A stretch of 63,846 bases of DNA, the filler included, from Octopus bimaculoides (taxonomy: Eukaryota): the NCBI RefSeq assembly GCF_001194135.2. It is 4 parts of 4 records of this genome, joined end to end, with 100 filler letters (N's around TTAATTAATTAA, not from the genome) between each part and the next. Parts side by side here need not be neighbours in the genome. Positions count along the whole stretch, not along the records: positions 1 to 30,887 come from NC_068989.1; positions 30,988 to 57,701 come from NC_068988.1; 2 more parts are not named here. One strand, written 5' to 3'. Positions 22,558 to 35,597 of this stretch are shown piece after piece (positions within the stretch are counted from its first letter, which is position 1; each line of letters begins with the position of its first letter). Position numbers and translations under genes: made by a program. The notes beneath the pieces were generated by a model, which was not told where the DNA came from, did not search any database, and saw only the letters and a list, made by a program, of their open reading frames with translations.

Positions 22558-22758
22558 CAAATTGATTTTGAATTTTGGCACAAGGCTAGCAATTTCGAGG
22601 AGGGGGTAAGTCGATTACATCGACCCCAGTACTCAATCCCGAAAGGATAAAAGGCAAAGTCGACCGCGGCGGAATTTGAACTCAGAACGTGAAGACGGAT
22701 GAAATGCCGCTAAGCTTTTCAACCGGCGTACTAACGTTTCTGCCTGCTCGCTGCCTTA
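22558..22758 (-). mobile_element. tRNA-derived SINE, family C, with an 11-bp TSD
   Basis: Head ggcagcgagcaggcagaaacgttag..gagttcaaattcc; cacattcttga is duplicated at 22547-22557 and 22759-22769. Confidence 0.88.
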
Positions 22759-23165
22759 CACATTCTTGATATAATGCCAATGTTGATATTGGCGAGTCGC
22801 AGCAGTAAAGCTCAAAATTCAAAGACGTGTGAAGATTATATACTGTGGTTTCGGTTGAAATACATTCTGAAAATAGATGCTGCTCAAGGCATGACACAAG
22901 AGGATATCACCATGATAAATTAAATGGATCAGCGAGTAAGGAAGGTTATTGTATGTGGAGGATCATCCATCAAACATTAGAAGCTGTATGGCACCATAAT
23001 CCCATGATTATTTTCATTCCAAAGTGTTATTATGTTTACCATTAAGTCCTTTATGAATAATTTCTTTTGTTAAACCTTTACTGTTGAATTAAACAAATGT
23101 CTCTTCTGGCACAATTATCATTTTTATTATACTTGCCTAATAATTTGTGACGGTGAAAATGTTGC

Positions 23166-23191
23166 CCAATCACAAAAATGGCCGCCATTTG
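23166..23191 (-). promoter_or_regulatory. YY1-like motif (CAAATGGCGGCC on the minus strand) next to a CCAAT, possible promoter
   Basis: Motif match only, about 2.2 kb upstream of the METTL24-like ATG; no transcript evidence. Confidence 0.25.
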
Positions 23192-23324
23192 TTGGCGTCT
23201 GCGCAGATCCGACTGATTTATTTTAACAGAATGTTCGCTGGTAGGTGTTGGCAACAGTCAGTGGGAAAACAACTGTTTTTTAACGAATATACATTTATTT
23301 ATTGAGAGAAGGTTGATTCACTTT

Positions 23325-23928
23325 AGGATCTATTTTAAAACGGGGGCACCAGTTTTCATTTATGTTTTATGAAGTGTTTTTGGTACCGAAAGACTTTCAA
23401 ACTTCGGATACTTATCTATTTTGTGTTATAGAACAGAAAAAAATTTTTGTATTCGAATTTATTTCATGTAAAAAATTGTCTTATTTCGATAATTTCTACT
23501 AATCACTGACGTCTATTCAGTTGAAAACAGTTAGCGCTGTAACGGTGTATATCGTATTAATCCCCTAACCCTAACCCTAACTCTAGAATCCGAACTCTAA
23601 AATTGTTACACACATAGATACGCACAGCGTAATTTATTATATAAACAATATATGCGTATAAATTACGATTAAACCGGATGAAATATGTCACAGGGAATAA
23701 CATTTTTATGACCGCCCAGCAGTAACTCTATTCAGCTGAATAGACGTCAGTGATTGGTTGAAATTACAGAAATACGACAACTTTAACATGGAATAACTTG
23801 CGATGTACATTTTTTTGTTAAGAAGACTAAGAGTAAAAGATGTTTTATATGACACATTCTACCAGTGTCCCAAGTTTCAAAGTGTTTCGTTAAGAAAATA
23901 CTGGTGCCCCCGTTTTGAAATAGATCCT
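23325..23928. mobile_element. MITE with terminal and internal inverted repeats and a short (CCCTAA)n core
   Basis: aggatctattttaaaacgggggcaccagt pairs with actggtgcccccgttttgaaatagatcct (1 mismatch). Inner IR aatcactgacgtctattcag at about 23500 and 23740. Confidence 0.85.
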
Positions 23929-24199
23929 CACTTTATAATGTGGGACGTAGTGTACATACACACGCACACATGTATGTATGTATGTATGTAACCTGTGGAG
24001 TAGACATAACTAGTGCAAGTTTACTCAGTTGCATACCATAAGTGTTTAACACTTTATTTATTATCAGGAGCTTGTCAATGGGGATCAACGTCCAAACCCT
24101 ATCAAGGCATGATATATGTAACCTATGTGGTAGATATATAAACAGGGTTAATTTCTCGATTGAAAAAAATGGTGAACAGCCTTAATGGATTTTCGAATA

Positions 24200-24420
24200 A
24201 TATTATTATCCTCATTGAGTTAGAGAGCAGCACATGCCATCAAAGTGACACTCGGGTGCAAATATAGAAAGTCTAATATACCCATTATGACTACCTGTTT
24301 GATAACGGTACACCAGGCGCATACATCACAACCGTATATGCCCGATATGGTGATCTCATATTAAGATAAACAGCGCATGACCTTGCAGTTGGGGCTCAGT
24401 TAGAATTTTCTTCAAGCTAA
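24200..24420 (-). mobile_element. Family F non-coding repeat, 3' part
   Basis: Aligns with 44247-44430 and with 39954-40415. Confidence 0.8.
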
Positions 24421-24599
24421 GTTATATGTGTGTATGCGTGTGTTTGTGCACGCGCGTATGTGCGTGTGTTTGTTGGTTTGTATGTGCGTGTATACGTGCA
24501 TATATAATTTATATCTATACTCATACAGATATGTTATATACATTTAATGTGTATGTGTGTGTGTGTACATATAATGAATGAAAGGAAATTTCCTTTCTG

Positions 24600-25860
24600 A
24601 TTGGACACAGATACACATCGATATTTAGACGTGGGATCTTGCAACCCAACCGCAACAAAAAGGATAGAATGACGTATAATGTTTAATAGTTACAGCACGA
24701 ATAGATAAAAGAAACGACTGGTACAACTAAATATGTTCCTTCAGAAACGAAACTACCCACAAAACGTAATAAATTATGCCATGATCATGATCAAAATAAA
24801 AATTCCCAATCTGTGCCTTACGGAGAAACACTTACACTAAGGGTGAACAAAAATACAAATATACAAATATAAGTATTCCATAAACAAAAATACAAATATA
24901 AGTATTCTATTTATTGTCACCCGTAATCCTAGAAACCATGGCTTCTTACATTCGGCCAAACAATACCTTCCAATTCTACGTCAGTCACCGAATCTCCGAC
25001 GAACAATTAAAGTATCACAAATTATAAACAGCGTTAGACAACTATCTAAACGAAGAACACTGGAGTCTTCTTTTTATGCCTTTCATCCTCCGACTGTTCA
25101 TTGCATATATGTTGTCAGCTGTTGGCCATCCTACAGATCCTGTCAATGCCCCCTCTGTTACATCCCAACGCCCTCTAGTAGTCACAGTGTATCAAATTTA
25201 TACTAAGCTAATAGACTTGGAAGGAAGCCCATCAAAAGATGAAGTCGTCGCTGGAGCCTATTCTACGCTATATCGTGATTGGTCAGATTTAGTTGATCAC
25301 GTGAGCAATACTCTAACCAATTGCGACATCGGGAGATTGCTGAATATCTCAGCCACACACCAAATATCAAAAGACTACTAAGAAAGGTTAGATTTACATC
25401 AGAGAAAGAAATAATGCAGGTAACAAACTGTGGAGATCTTCGTTGGGGGGATGTGAAATAATTCGAACAAGTACAACCAAAATATTCAAAAATAGGAAGG
25501 AATTAAAGGTGAATGGTTATATGAATAGCAAAGCAAAATATCTTATCTACTGCATCGCATGCCCATGATGCAGTATGAATTACATCAGAGAACAAGATCA
25601 AAATTAACCAACTGTGTGAGAGTGCACAAGCAGCAAAGTAAAGATTCATCTTTTAGTAAATGTTCCATGTTGTGAACATCTAGACGCAAATGGAAAATTG
25701 AAAATATTTCCTTTTTTCAAAGTAAAAAAAAGACAATAATCAGCTTCGAAAGGCAAAAGAAGAATAGTCGATAAGAATTCTAAATTCAGAAATATTCAAC
25801 CCCATTACCAAAAGCAGGTTCCTCTACACAGATTGGCCCATAACACGTGTGTTTGAAAAA
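24600..25860 (+). mobile_element. Degenerate Penelope-like element (RT thumb and GIY-YIG endonuclease)
   Basis: TDTHRYLDVGSCNPTATKR, FLQKRNYPQNVINYA and SKAKYLIYCIACP*CSMNYI..VRVHKQQ. Confidence 0.8.
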
Positions 25861-25989
25861 TTGGTCAATAAAAGCGCTTACGTACAATACGAAAACATTT
25901 TTCCAAAAGATTCATGTCACTCCGTTTTTCGAAAACGTATTTTTGATAGTATCTAATAACGTTTAAGAAAAATTTTCTTGAAAAATCCA

Positions 25990-26082
25990 TTTGAAAAAGG
26001 TTTCCTTTGTGTGTGTGTGTATTATGTATGTATACACACACATACACACACACAAACACACATACATACATATATGTATATG

Positions 26083-26143
<61 letters not shown>

Positions 26144-26330
26144 AGAGAGAGAGAGAGAGAGAGACAAAGAGAGAGAGAGAGAGAGACAAAGAGAGAGAGA
26201 GAGAGAGACAAAGAGAGAGAGATAGATAGATATACATACATACATACATACATACATGTACATATGTACGTACATATATACATATAAGTATGTGTGTGTG
26301 TGTAGATATATATATATATACATATATATA
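25990..26330. repeat. Compound microsatellite (GT/CA/TA/GA/TACA)
   Basis: Seen directly; it explains six overlapping spurious ORFs. Confidence 0.95.
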
Positions 26331-27985
26331 TGATTAATGCGAGAGACGGAAAATGGAAGATACGAAATCTTTATTGATCACTACAATTGTTTCGATTCAT
26401 CTAGCATCGATCCATAACGGGTTCGATACTGAACAACTGGTTTATGAGTATCTGTCGGTGTAGATGTGTGTCCTCGAATGTATAGATGCTGTATATCGTT
26501 ATAATAACGTCTGTTCCACAAAATTTCTTCTCAGTATGTGTATATAAAAACAGCAAATTAAGAGATGCAGCTTCATTTTTATTGAAGATCAATAATAAGT
26601 ATCAAATGCAAAAAAGAACCAAATACACAATACAGCGAAAAATATATTAGATATAACTGTTAGTAGATATGAATGTATAAACACTTTCACTTAAGTTGTA
26701 TGGCGTACGTATACTCGCTCGTAGAAACTTACACGAAGATATAGGCATACTCACATGCGTGGTTTGGCACACATACGTTCACACAACGAATTGAATTGAT
26801 GCTTTGTGTTTGTAAGAATTGGGAGGTTGCGGTTAACTCATAAATACATTAAGGTAAAATGTGGTTATTAATTTGCTTAAGGATTAATCAAATTCAGTCC
26901 CACTGCATTGTGCGACGGTGCATTTATAAGCATGCAAGCACCTCGATAGTCTTTCAGAAATCCTATTAATGATCTTCTCATTGATCCACAAAATAGACAG
27001 GGGTTCTTAGGAGCGGGGTTTGCATCTCCTGGAAGAGATCCTATACGGTTGCGCGTGTCTTGTTATTGACGAAGTTAGATCATATTTAATTTTATCTTCC
27101 TTAAGGATGTGACAACTGCGGAGAGAGATGCCTGCACCAGCAGTGTGGGCTAGATTAACGCGGGTCAAAGAATTGAAACCGCAACCTTATGATCGTGAGC
27201 CGAACATTTAATCTTATTTTCTTACCACTTTAAAGTAGGAGCGTCGTAGCCATAACGTTAATTTTGTGTTCAGCTTCCTCTTAATTAGATTGTCGAGTCA
27301 GGCCTTAATGCCATTGAAAATAAATGAAATGCTTAACTTCATGTACACTGAATTAATCTTTATCCTCATATTAAGATTCTTTAAGCGCTAATGGATACTA
27401 AATTCTATTTTACATTATTGATTAAGAAGAAATAGATAAGAAAAAAAAATTAATGCATGACTAACTTACATAACCCTATGTTATCAAGGTAAATAACTCT
27501 AATTTGACATTATAAAGTTGTTTCCCTTGCAAAAAAATTGGTTTCACTTAATGGTGTTTAATTCATGCTGCCTATTTCAGTTCTGATCAAAGCGTTCTAA
27601 ACATGACCATCTCAGTCTATTTTAAAACGAATTATTTATGATTATATTATCCACCGTGTGTCTCGTTTTTGAAATTGTATGGTGTGGTATGAGTAAAATT
27701 TGGTTGATAACTTTTTTTGTACATCATGTGTGATTATGGCAAGGTTCCCCAACTAAATGTTATAATGGCTAAGAATATTCATCAGGTAAGCAAGAGATGT
27801 GAAAGTTAGACTTTTATCAGCACTTCTCGTTAATATTCACTCATGAATTCTCATTTAGCATGAATATCGTTAAGCTTATTTTAAATATAAAATTTGTAGT
27901 TGCTCTATAACCGGCTTACTAACGATTCTGCCAGTTGCCACCTACTCCTCTCCGTTCTAATATATTTATAAAATCGTTATCAGTT

Positions 27986-28021
<36 letters not shown>

Positions 28022-28350
28022 ATCTCTCTCTCTCTCTCTCTCTCTCTCCCTNNNNNNNNNNNNNNNNNNNNNNNNNNNNNNNNNNNNNNNNNNNNNNNNN
28101 NNNNNNNNNNNNNNNNNNNNNNNNNNNNNNNNNNNNNNNNNNNNNNNNNNNNNNNNNNNNNNNNNNNNNNNNNNNNNNNNNNNNNNNNNNNNNNNNNNNN
28201 NNNNNNNNNNNNNNNNNNNNNNNNNNNNNNNNNNNNNNNNNNNNNNNNNNNNNNNNNNNNNNNNNNNNNNNNNNNNNNNNNNNNNNNNNNNNNNNNNNNN
28301 NNNTCTCTCCCTCCCTCCCTCCTTATCTTCAGTATATCATATTCTTTCTT

Positions 28351-28568
28351 TATTCTTTTATTCTTTTACTTGTTTCAGTCATTTGACTGCGGCCATGCTG
28401 GAGCACCGCCTTTAGTCGAGCAAATCGACCCCAGGACTTATTCTTTGGAAGCCTAGTACTTATTCTATCGGTGTCCTTTGCCGAACCGCTATGTTACAGG
28501 GGCGTAAACGCACCACCATCGGTTGGCAAGCGATGTTGTGGGGGACAAACACAGACACTCAAACATAT

Positions 28569-28601
<33 letters not shown>

Positions 28602-28780
28602 CATATATACGACGGGCTCGGGCTTCTTTCAGTTTCCGTCTACCAAATCCACTCACAAGGCTTTGGTCGGCTCGAGGCTATAGTAGAAGACACCTGCCCA
28701 AGATGCCATGCAGTGGGAATGAACCCGAAACCATGTGATTAGTAAGCAAGCTACTTACCACACAGCCACTCCTGCGCCTG
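28351..28780 (-). mobile_element. SINE family A, full length
   Basis: Head caggcgcaggagtggctgtgtggtaagtagc through tail aagtaaaagaataaaagaa. Confidence 0.92.
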
Positions 28781-29607
28781 TATATATATGGATAGAGGAC
28801 GTCACCAACTGTGCAAACAACATGAAATACGTAAATAACGAGAAAAAAAAATGGAAAACGGGACTAGTAAACATAGAGAAAGGACCTTTCATCAGTTGTT
28901 GGCTGTCTATCTACTCATTTCAAGCATTCAACGACAATATGAGTCTTCAAAGACGGCTGGTCCCATAAATTCTAAAATAAAATTTAGGATTTATGGAAGG
29001 TCAAAGTTGGGAACAAAAACAGGACAGTGGAGGCATACAGAGAAATCGAGCGAAAACAAACATGGAGGACCGTTAGACCAGAACGAGAGGAAAATAGTGT
29101 ACACTGAGAGTTTGAGTTTTAGTATTATATATANNNNNNNNNNNNNNNNNNNNNNNNNNNNNNNNNNNNNNNNNNNNNNNNNNNNNNNNNNNNNNNNNNN
29201 NNNNNNNNNNNNNNNNNNNNNNNNNNNNNNNNNNNNNNNNNNNNNNNNNNNNNNNNNNNNNNNNNNNNNNNNNNNNNNNNNNNNNNNNNNNNNNNNNNNN
29301 NNNNNNNNNNNNNNNNNNNNNNNNNNNNNNNNNNNNNNNNNNNNNNNNNNNNNNNNNNNNNNNNNNNNNNNNNNNNNNNNNNNNNNNNNNNNNNNNNNNN
29401 NNNNNNNNNNNNNNNNNNNNNNNNNNNNNNNNNNNNNNNNNNNNNNNNNNNNNNNNNNNNNNNNNNNNNNNNNNNNNNNNNNNNNNNNNNNNNNNNNNNN
29501 NNNNNNNNNNNNNNNNNNNNNNNNNNNNNNNNNNNNNNNNNNNNNNNNNNNNNNNNNNNNNNNNNNNNNNNNNNNNNNNNNNNNNNNNNNNNNNNNNNNN
29601 NNNNNNN

Positions 29608-29675
<68 letters not shown>

Positions 29676-30066
29676 AGTGTGTGTTTTTGTGTGTGTAATG
29701 TCTGTCTACGTACGTATGTATGTACGTATGTATGTATATATGTATGCATGTCTACATATATATGTATGTATGTCTACGTATGCATGTATGTCTACATATG
29801 TATGTATGTGTGTATGTATGTATGTATGTATGTGTGTGTGTGTGTGTCCTTTCGTTTGCTTTCCTGTCATGCGTTGCCAAGCTGGCTGATCAACAATAAA
29901 TTCAAAGCAAAAAAAAAAACAACAAAAGAAATCATTCAGAAAGAAACTTTTAAGAATATTTGGAAGGCCCTGTAAAAGTGGCACTAATAATATTTAAACG
30001 CCTTGTTAATTCCTGTCGTCTATTTTAGTGCAGCTGAAAACAAACCTTTTTACATCTTAGTTCAGT

Positions 30067-30618
30067 ATGAGTAAAGAAGATAGCAATATCGAAAAGAAAG
30101 ATTCCACCGGAGAAGAGGAAATCTTCGAAGATGATGAAGTCGAAGATGATGAAATCGAAGATGATGAAATCATCGAAAATAAAGATATCAAAGAAGAGAG
30201 TCTCACCGACCTCTTACATGATATAACAAAAGTTCAAGAAAATTTGCCCGTAACGTTGGCATTTGTTCAACAATCCTCCGATATTGAGGAGAAACCGGAG
30301 GTTAAGAAATTAGATAAACGGAAAAGTTTTCGGCGGCTCTTTAAATCATACAAGAATCCTTATATTCTGAAAACCGTTAAAAGTAGCACCACAGATGAAA
30401 AACCTGTTATGGAGGAATTGATCGATGATATAATTTTCGATTTCTGCGACTGGGTAGAAGAGACGGTATCAGCTTTGGAAGATAATGAACGGAAATACGT
30501 TATGGCAACGCTGACTAGTTTTTTTGAACTGAAAGCCATCTTAAGTACAGAACCAGAAAAATTTAAACCAGGATTTCGAAGCCAAGTTCGTGCAGTAATA
30601 GGATTCCGAAAATTTTAA
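30067..30618 (+). CDS. Orphan intronless 183-aa acidic ORF of unknown function
   Basis: Longest non-repeat, non-gap ORF in the window apart from TE fragments. Acidic N-terminus (EDDE x3 from a 15-bp tandem), helical-looking C-terminal half. No family recognised. Confidence 0.5.
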   Translation: MSKEDSNIEKKDSTGEEEIFEDDEVEDDEIEDDEIIENKDIKEESLTDLLHDITKVQENLPVTLAFVQQSSDIEEKPEVKKLDKRKSFRRLFKSYKNPYILKTVKSSTTDEKPVMEELIDDIIFDFCDWVEETVSALEDNERKYVMATLTSFFELKAILSTEPEKFKPGFRSQVRAVIGFRKF

Positions 30619-30882
30619 TATATAAATCTGAAATTGTGTGTTTGTGTGAAGCCTTTTTGAAAGTTTATAGAAATCCACATTTTCCACTTTTTCGTAAAAA
30701 TTTTTACATCAATGGAATTTTCTCGATGTGAACTTTCCAGTGCAGTAATTAGATTTTTAAAATTCCGTTTACTTTGTGTGATTTAAGGGAGATTTGGCTG
30801 TTGTTTCTAGCAACTTTTATATTTCATCCCTGCTACCTGGAACGCCATTCTTACACACGCGCTCAACATAAAAATATAGAGA
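30615..30882 (-). repeat. Inverted copy of repeat 102-369
   Basis: Direct reverse-complement match. Confidence 0.9.
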
Positions 30883-30887
30883 GTAAG

Positions 30888-30987
30888 NNNNNNNNNNNNN
30901 NNNNNNNNNNNNNNNNNNNNNNNNNNNNNNNTTAATTAATTAANNNNNNNNNNNNNNNNNNNNNNNNNNNNNNNNNNNNNNNNNNNN
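30888..30987. other. Artificial 100-bp assembly linker (44N-TTAATTAATTAA-44N)
   Basis: Identical pads at 57702-57801 and 61573-61672. Confidence 0.95.
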
Positions 30988-31143
30988 GCTCTAAATAGAG
31001 CTATTTCCGATTTGAAAAATATATGTTCACGAAGTATTTTGTGTTATACACAACTTATACAAAATTTTAAAACAAAATAGGTCTTTTAAGAGGTGAAAAA
31101 TGCAACTTACATGGGAGCCGATGTGTCTACCGTCCGTCCATGA

Positions 31144-31144
31144 T

Positions 31145-31190
<46 letters not shown>
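31144..31190. repeat. (GATA)n microsatellite
   Basis: Seen directly. Confidence 0.95.
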
Positions 31191-31235
31191 GTGTCTGGCT
31201 TTATTACTCTGCTTGTTTTCATCGAGGCATTCAAA

Positions 31236-31645
31236 CCAGGTGTGGCTGTGTAGTAAAAAGTTTGCTTCCGAACCACATGGTTCCAGTTTCAGCCCCACTC
31301 CGTGTTACCTTGGACAAGTTTCTTCTACCATAGACTAGAGTCGACCAAAACCTTGTGAGTAGATACGGTAGACGGAAACTGAAAGAAACCCGTCGTATAT
31401 AAGTGTGAGTGTACATGCGTTTTCCGTGTCTGTGTTTGGTGCGCATGTCTTGCCGTATTTGTTTGTCACCCCACCAACGCTTAACAACTGATGTTGGTGT
31501 GTTTTAAAAAAAGAAACCTATAGAATAACTACCAGGTTGTACAATAAAACTACTGGGGTCGGTTCGTTCGACTAAAATCAAGGTGGTGCCCTAGTATGGC
31601 CGCAGTCTAATGCCGGAAACAAGTAAAAGATAAAAGAGAAAAGAT
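31236..31645 (+). mobile_element. SINE family A, diverged
   Basis: Family A head, body and aagtaaaagataaaaga tail. Confidence 0.8.
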
Positions 31646-33799
31646 AAATCACAAGAAACCCGTTAAGAAATTCTTTACATATGAAATATTCTGGAGAAAT
31701 AGAAAATTATTTGGTAGTAATTGTGTTCTTCCTTTCAAATGGAACGTTCTTTCATCGTGTTTCTTTCGTTTTCTCACTTTAATCTCTCGTATGAGACTTT
31801 ATAATTTTATATATGAAGATTCATCCAGCTTTTCCAAAGACATATTTCACTTTGATGCCAGTAATTGTATTTGTTAGAGACAATTCCACTTTCAGGATAC
31901 TGATGAGGAAAGAAGATAAAATCGACAGCCATAGAAGAGTAGAAGATTTTCTGAATGTTGGATTTGAACGTAGTCATTGTTACTAACACGAGGAATAAAG
32001 AAAACTTTGTGCGATCGACAAAGGTTCTAGATCGATAAAGAGCATAGAATATCATTCTAACCACAGTCCTAGCGACTAAGGAAAATATTGGAGAACAGAG
32101 TAGTTCACAGCCAGTGTTTCACCAAAAGAAGGGATGGTCACAAATTGATAGCCTTTGAGCACAAGTTTTCTCTGTGAGAAATGAACTGTACAACTACTGC
32201 AACATGGACATTTGTAGACAAAACCCCGATTTCTTTTAAATGAAACCAAAAGACACGAAAATGCTTATATTACTATGTATAAAATTTAAGGTATTCAGTG
32301 GAAGCAGCTCAATATTAAAAGCTGGATCAATGCAACATATTTAATGTAGAAACTGTGGTGTTGTTATCTTAAACAGTACAATATCCTTCATAGTTAGGCG
32401 AAACGAAATCGCTCCTGAAGTGACTGTGAGAGCTACAGATAAGTATTTTGCTGCTATGGCTGCTTACGATCACACACGTGCCACTCCGAAACGAAATCAA
32501 ATCAGCTACTCTGAAGTATTTAGGAATAGCCTTTAAACTATACACTAGTGTTCAATGACCCATTGAAAATAATACTATCTAAGTTTTCAGAGAGTTATCT
32601 ATGCCAAAGGTATGAGAGCAGGATTAAATAGTACTCGCCTACTTCATCTTCTCAACGAATGTTTCGATTAAATCTATTTACCTAAGTGGTTATGTTGGAG
32701 GAAGACGAAGTGAATGCAATTGAAATAAGCAGGACTACTCGCGTAGGTCCATATTGACGGCGACATATGTATACATACATATATGAAAATGTGTGATCAA
32801 ATGATCGTGTGTGTACGTGCGCGCATGTGTTGTGAATACACACAGATAAGCACATACTTATGTATAGATGCAGATTTAAATGAAACTGTAAAATGAAAAC
32901 ACTTCAGTACTTTATGTTACTTCTATTCATCTCTTTGTTCCTTCAAATTCTCAACACTGTTATGCTACCTTGTTTTATTTGACCATTGAAGTCAAGTATT
33001 TCAGCATATCTTCTCGTTTATTCAATACTTCCTACGTCAGTGCTATTGTCATTTTACTACATTCTTATTTCTTTTCTAATGTATTTATGGTTTTCAAAAT
33101 TCTAGTGCTTATTTCAATAAAGTCAAATATTTGCTGAGCTACTGATTCGTCTATTATATGCGAATTTGTACTCATAGAATTCATAATAATATTACAGAAT
33201 ATGGAACTGAAAAGCAATGGTTTTATTCCAGCAAGCATATTTCACAAATCATAATCCATATTAATCTAAAACCCTAGAGCGTCTATTATTCAAGGAAATA
33301 ATAATCAATGAAATACGACTGAACGAAGTAAAATACTAGACACAATTGAAGACAAATAAAGACACATTCGCATAAACATAAATATATATAATCTATTCAC
33401 AAAGGGAATAAGGCATTCCTGCGAGGAGATATTTGTCATTTTCTCACTGTATACTAACTTATTCTACTTGGTAACCTTTCTACAATATCCAACTACAATG
33501 TATTTTCGCATATAGAAATGTATGCCCCTACACACTTAGTAATTCAGCTTTGTATATAATAAATGGAAATTATATAATATTCGATGAAAAACATGTAGAG
33601 TAATGTATCTTTGATGTCAACATAAATACATGACAGGCTACCAGGGAATCAATTATTAAGAAGATCTATATCTTAAAAGTCTGCTGACATATGAAAAACA
33701 TTTCAAAACATATCTATACAAAACCCTTTCGTTTCCGTTCAAACGAATGTCACTTAGTGGAGATCTATTCTTTCGCATATGACGTTGAAAAAAGATATA

Positions 33800-34440
33800 C
33801 CTTTTAATATACCTTTTCTAGTGTTTGAGCCTTTAGACGACTTTTCTATGGATGGTGTATGACTGTACATTTTTTGTTTAAAATTCCTTTCTCTCGTGGT
33901 TATGTAACTTTCGCAGATAAGTTTTAATGTGAACTTTAGCGATGTGACCTCAGATTCATAAATTATGGTTTCTGCATGACAGGATTTATATTGTGACCAT
34001 GTATTTGGAATCCTGTATAATCACTAAGGTATGTAAGCGTGGTTATATATTTCTGTTGCCAACGTGCAAATGTAGTTTATTTTAAATTCGTGTCTGTCAA
34101 AATAAAACTTCTACATCTATGGTTAGCAGAGAAGTGTTCACCAATTAAATTCAGAAAATCTCATCAATATAAAATAGAAATTCTCTTTAGGTCGTCTTCA
34201 GACGAATATACTTGCGGTGTATTTGGCCACCCTACTTTTCCATACAACCTGTAAACGCGTTAGCAAATGAACGCAAGGCTCTTGGTTGATAACATTTACG
34301 CAATACACAGTGGGTTAAAGGACAGAATAAACTGACTTCAAATCGTTGAACTATTTTAAAGTAATCCATTATTAAATTGTAGAGATAATCATTTTTGAAT
34401 TGAATTCTTTCTTTATCAATTCGTGAAGTGATTATCACTA
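33800..34440 (-). mobile_element. Degenerate Penelope-like RT fragment
   Basis: KYIRLKTT*REFLFYIDEI..LVNTSLLTIDVEVLF resembles the PLE SYIxDTxDFL..LVTLDVxSLY segment. Confidence 0.45.
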
Positions 34441-34844
34441 AATCTGCGCCAACATTATAGAATAAACATTATATATAAATTGTTAACCGTATATATACTG
34501 CTATGCATCTCTGATTATCTTTGAGTAATACAACATTTTTTTTGCTCAGTGACATTTGCATTGTCAGAGATAAGCATCGACATAACCAATTATCTATCCA
34601 TCAATTACCCATCTATCACAACTTCCTGTTTGAATTACAGGGGAAATAAGTTTACAAAGCATTTGCTAGAATTCTCCTCTGCATTTAATAGATTTTGGTA
34701 AGTTTCCAGTCCAAAGCAGGAAAATAAAGAAAACAATTATGATTAGCTAGATAACATCATGAATATATAAATACAGTTATGCAAAGTTAAACAATGGTGC
34801 ACATATACCTGCGCTCATGGTAAGTCAATGGCTTGGCAAACACG

Positions 34845-34880
<36 letters not shown>

Positions 34881-35597
34881 NNNNNNNNNNNNNNNNNNNN
34901 NNNNNNNNNNNNNNNNNNNNNNNNNNNNNNNNNNNNNNNNNNNNNNNNNNNNNNNNNNNNNNNNNNNNNNNNNNNNNNNNNNNNNNNNNNNNNNNNNNNN
35001 NNNNNNNNNNNNNNNNNNNNNNNNNNNNNNNNNNNNNNNNNNNNNNNNNNNNNNNNNNNNNNNNNNNNNNNNNNNNNNNNNNNNNNNNNNNNNNNNNNNN
35101 NNNNNNNNNNNNNNNNNNNNNNNNNNNNNNNNNNNNNNNNNNNNNNNNNNNNNNNNNNNNNNNNNNNNNNNNNNNNNNNNNNNNNNNNNNNNNNNNNNNN
35201 NNNNNNNNNNNNNNNNNNNNNNNNNNNNNNNNNNNNNNNNNNNNNNNNNNNNNNNNNNNNNNNNNNNNNNNNNNNNNNNNNNNNNNNNNNNNNNNNNNNN
35301 NNNNNNNNNNNNNNNNNNNNNNNNNNNNNNNNNNNNNNNNNNNNNNNNNNNNNNNNNNNNNNNNNNNNNNNNNNNNNNNNNNNNNNNNNNNNNNNNNNNN
35401 NNNNNNNNNNNNNNNNNNNNNNNNNNNNNNNNNNNNNNNNNNNNNNNNNNNNNNNNNNNNNNNNNNNNNNNNNNNNNNNNNNNNNNNNNNNNNNNNNNNN
35501 NNNNNNNNNNNNNNNNNNNNNNNNNNNNNNNNNNNNNNNNNNNNNNNNNNNNNNNNNNNNNNNNNNNNNNNNNNNNNNNNNNNNNTATATATATATG

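Noticed and set aside
26362-26600. Minus-strand GAAAC-AAUU-GUA with a 9-bp complementary partner (ttattgatc/gatcaataa) about 200 nt away
   Set aside because: No CUGANGA core at the expected position; at best a dead hammerhead remnant.
31900-32700. Weak LINE RT-like words (FVRSTKVLDR, LKYLGIAF) and a CTGATGAgGAAA
   Set aside because: Too degenerate to assign; the hammerhead-like word has no room for stem II and lacks stems I and III.
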